Origin: a virus
Taxonomy: Duplodnaviria; Heunggongvirae; Uroviricota; Caudoviricetes
Virus record (IMG/VR): IMGVR_UViG_2737471848_000011
DNA: 6,707 nucleotides
Direction: 5' to 3' (one strand)
Each line of letters starts with the position of its first letter. The stretch's first letter is position 1. The translations under genes and the position numbers were made by a program. Shown piece after piece: positions 5,293 to 6,707 of the stretch. The notes below the pieces were generated by a model. It worked only from the letters and a program-made list of their open reading frames with translations, had not been told where the DNA came from and searched no databases.

Positions 5293-6523
5293 TTACTACT
5301 CTTAAACCTTTCATACCACCGGATCTATTAATTACCCCTTTTCTCGCATCATCAAAAAAATCACCGACCCATTGCATCATGATCTTACGCTGTTCTAGAT
5401 AAATAGTTCTATTATAAATATCTCTTATTTTATCACCACTTTTATGCGCCAATGCAGCCTCGATTACATCGGGGTTAAATCCCTCCTCATTTAAAAGCGT
5501 ACTCCACATTGAACGAAAACCATGTAACGTTACAATCCCTTTGAACTTACTGGCAGCAATTGGGGTCTTGATAGTATTCCTCCCCATAGGCGCATCTTTT
5601 GTTCTGGAGGAAAAAAACACATAACGCCCTCTTTTTATTTCCTGCATTGTTCTGAGGATACTAATAGCCTGTGATGACAAGGGAACAACATGTTCACGAT
5701 GGCATTTCATTTTATGCGCGGGGATAATCCACAAGCCAGAATCAAAATCAATCTCTGACCACTCTGCTTTAATCGCCTCACCTGGCCTGACCATTGTCAA
5801 TATCTGGAATAAAAGTGCATTATGAGCTATTTGATAGGTATGAGGCACACTATCCCACCAGCTCAGAAATTCAGGCAATCTTTCAACAGGTAGTGCTGCT
5901 AATGATTTATTTTTCTTTCCTGTGAATGCAGTCTTTATCTTAAGTAATGGATTTGCTTTCAATGCTCCACAATTTACAGCATAATTCATAATTTCATTTA
6001 ATCTTGATATTAATTTTTTTTGCAACGCATTCTTATCGGATACGGCATCCAGAGCATTAATAGCTACTGGTGCTGTAATTTTTTCTATACTGTACTTACC
6101 AAAGAAAGGAACAAGATATTTGTATACTTCATATTCGATATTATACAGCGTAGGTTTCCGCAATTCAGATCCCTTTTTAAAAGCGAACCATGCATTAGCA
6201 ACAGCTTCAAATGTCTGTAGATTTTTTAGTGACATCTCAATTTTACGATTTTTCTTCTCCGTCACTGGATCAACTCCACGTGCAATCATTCGCCGAAGTT
6301 CATCACGTACTTCCCGTGCTTCCGCGAGTGAGAATTCAGGAAAACGTCCTATCGTGTATGTCTGCCGTTTCTTCGTTATCGGATGGCTATAACGGAAACG
6401 CCACACTTTCCCACCGGCTTTACTCACATTCAGCAATAAACCGAACCCATCATAAACGGCATAGTCCTTTTCACGTGGTTTCATCCCCTTAACTTCAGTC
6501 ACGGTTAATGGCTTTACCGACAT
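5285..6523 (-). CDS. int: Tyrosine recombinase, P4-family integrase, 412 aa
   Basis: N-terminus MSVKPLTVTEVKGMKPREKDYAVYDGFGLLLNVSKAGGKVWRFRY matches the P4-type integrase arm-binding domain; C-terminal catalytic signatures HGFRSMWSTLLNE (HxxR) and a tyrosine region DIYNRTIYLEQR. ATG at 6523..6521 with GAGGG upstream. Confidence 0.93.
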   Translation of the reverse strand: MSVKPLTVTEVKGMKPREKDYAVYDGFGLLLNVSKAGGKVWRFRYSHPITKKRQTYTIGRFPEFSLAEAREVRDELRRMIARGVDPVTEKKNRKIEMSLKNLQTFEAVANAWFAFKKGSELRKPTLYNIEYEVYKYLVPFFGKYSIEKITAPVAINALDAVSDKNALQKKLISRLNEIMNYAVNCGALKANPLLKIKTAFTGKKNKSLAALPVERLPEFLSWWDSVPHTYQIAHNALLFQILTMVRPGEAIKAEWSEIDFDSGLWIIPAHKMKCHREHVVPLSSQAISILRTMQEIKRGRYVFFSSRTKDAPMGRNTIKTPIAASKFKGIVTLHGFRSMWSTLLNEEGFNPDVIEAALAHKSGDKIRDIYNRTIYLEQRKIMMQWVGDFFDDARKGVINRSGGMKGLRVVNG

Positions 6524-6707
6524 CTATCGCCCTCATTTTTTAGTCCGTCATGTAGTCCATTCAAGCCAATAACAAGCGATAAACTAACTCATTATCAAGC
6601 AAAGAGAGGAAACTCATAAAATCACAACTCATTGAAAAGACTATGAAACGACACCAGAACATACAAACAGGTAAGAAATGTACCCTACATCCAAAATGAC
6701 GCAATCC

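Noticed and set aside
6020-6492. Three plus-strand ORFs (6020..6220, 6120..6392, 6211..6492) inside the integrase gene
   Set aside because: Antisense to a well-supported integrase; AT-rich shadow frames.
6524-6707. Possible att site or tRNA remnant upstream of int
   Set aside because: No tRNA-like cloverleaf or recognisable direct repeat is visible in the 184 bp available; the attachment site probably lies beyond the window.

Overview
This 6.7 kb window looks like the integration, regulation and replication portion of a P4-like / PICI-type satellite integrative element of an enterobacterial-like genome. Almost every gene reads leftward on the minus strand. From right to left: a P4-family tyrosine integrase (5285..6523) overlapping an AlpA/Vis-like regulator (5068..5292), an intrinsic terminator, a BRO-N domain (antirepressor-like) gene (4430..5008), a small plus-strand ribbon-helix-helix-like gene (4130..4309) whose upstream region carries three TGTCAGCCAC direct repeats inside a divergent promoter region, then a leftward operon of short unknown genes (65, 74, 197 and an untracked 57 aa) joined by 8-nt ATGnnTAA overlaps, an 80-aa gene coupled by ATGA overlap to a 604-aa P4-alpha-like replication helicase (685..2499), an iteron origin with at least 8 perfect TGTTCACC octamers (444..671), and two further coupled leftward genes at the left edge (one truncated). 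No rRNA, tRNA, CRISPR array or transposase was seen. The best candidate for an undescribed system is the overlapping X-Y-Z-s operon under the repeat-containing switch; its function cannot be assigned from sequence alone. All annotations are from reading the sequence by eye; no database search was run.
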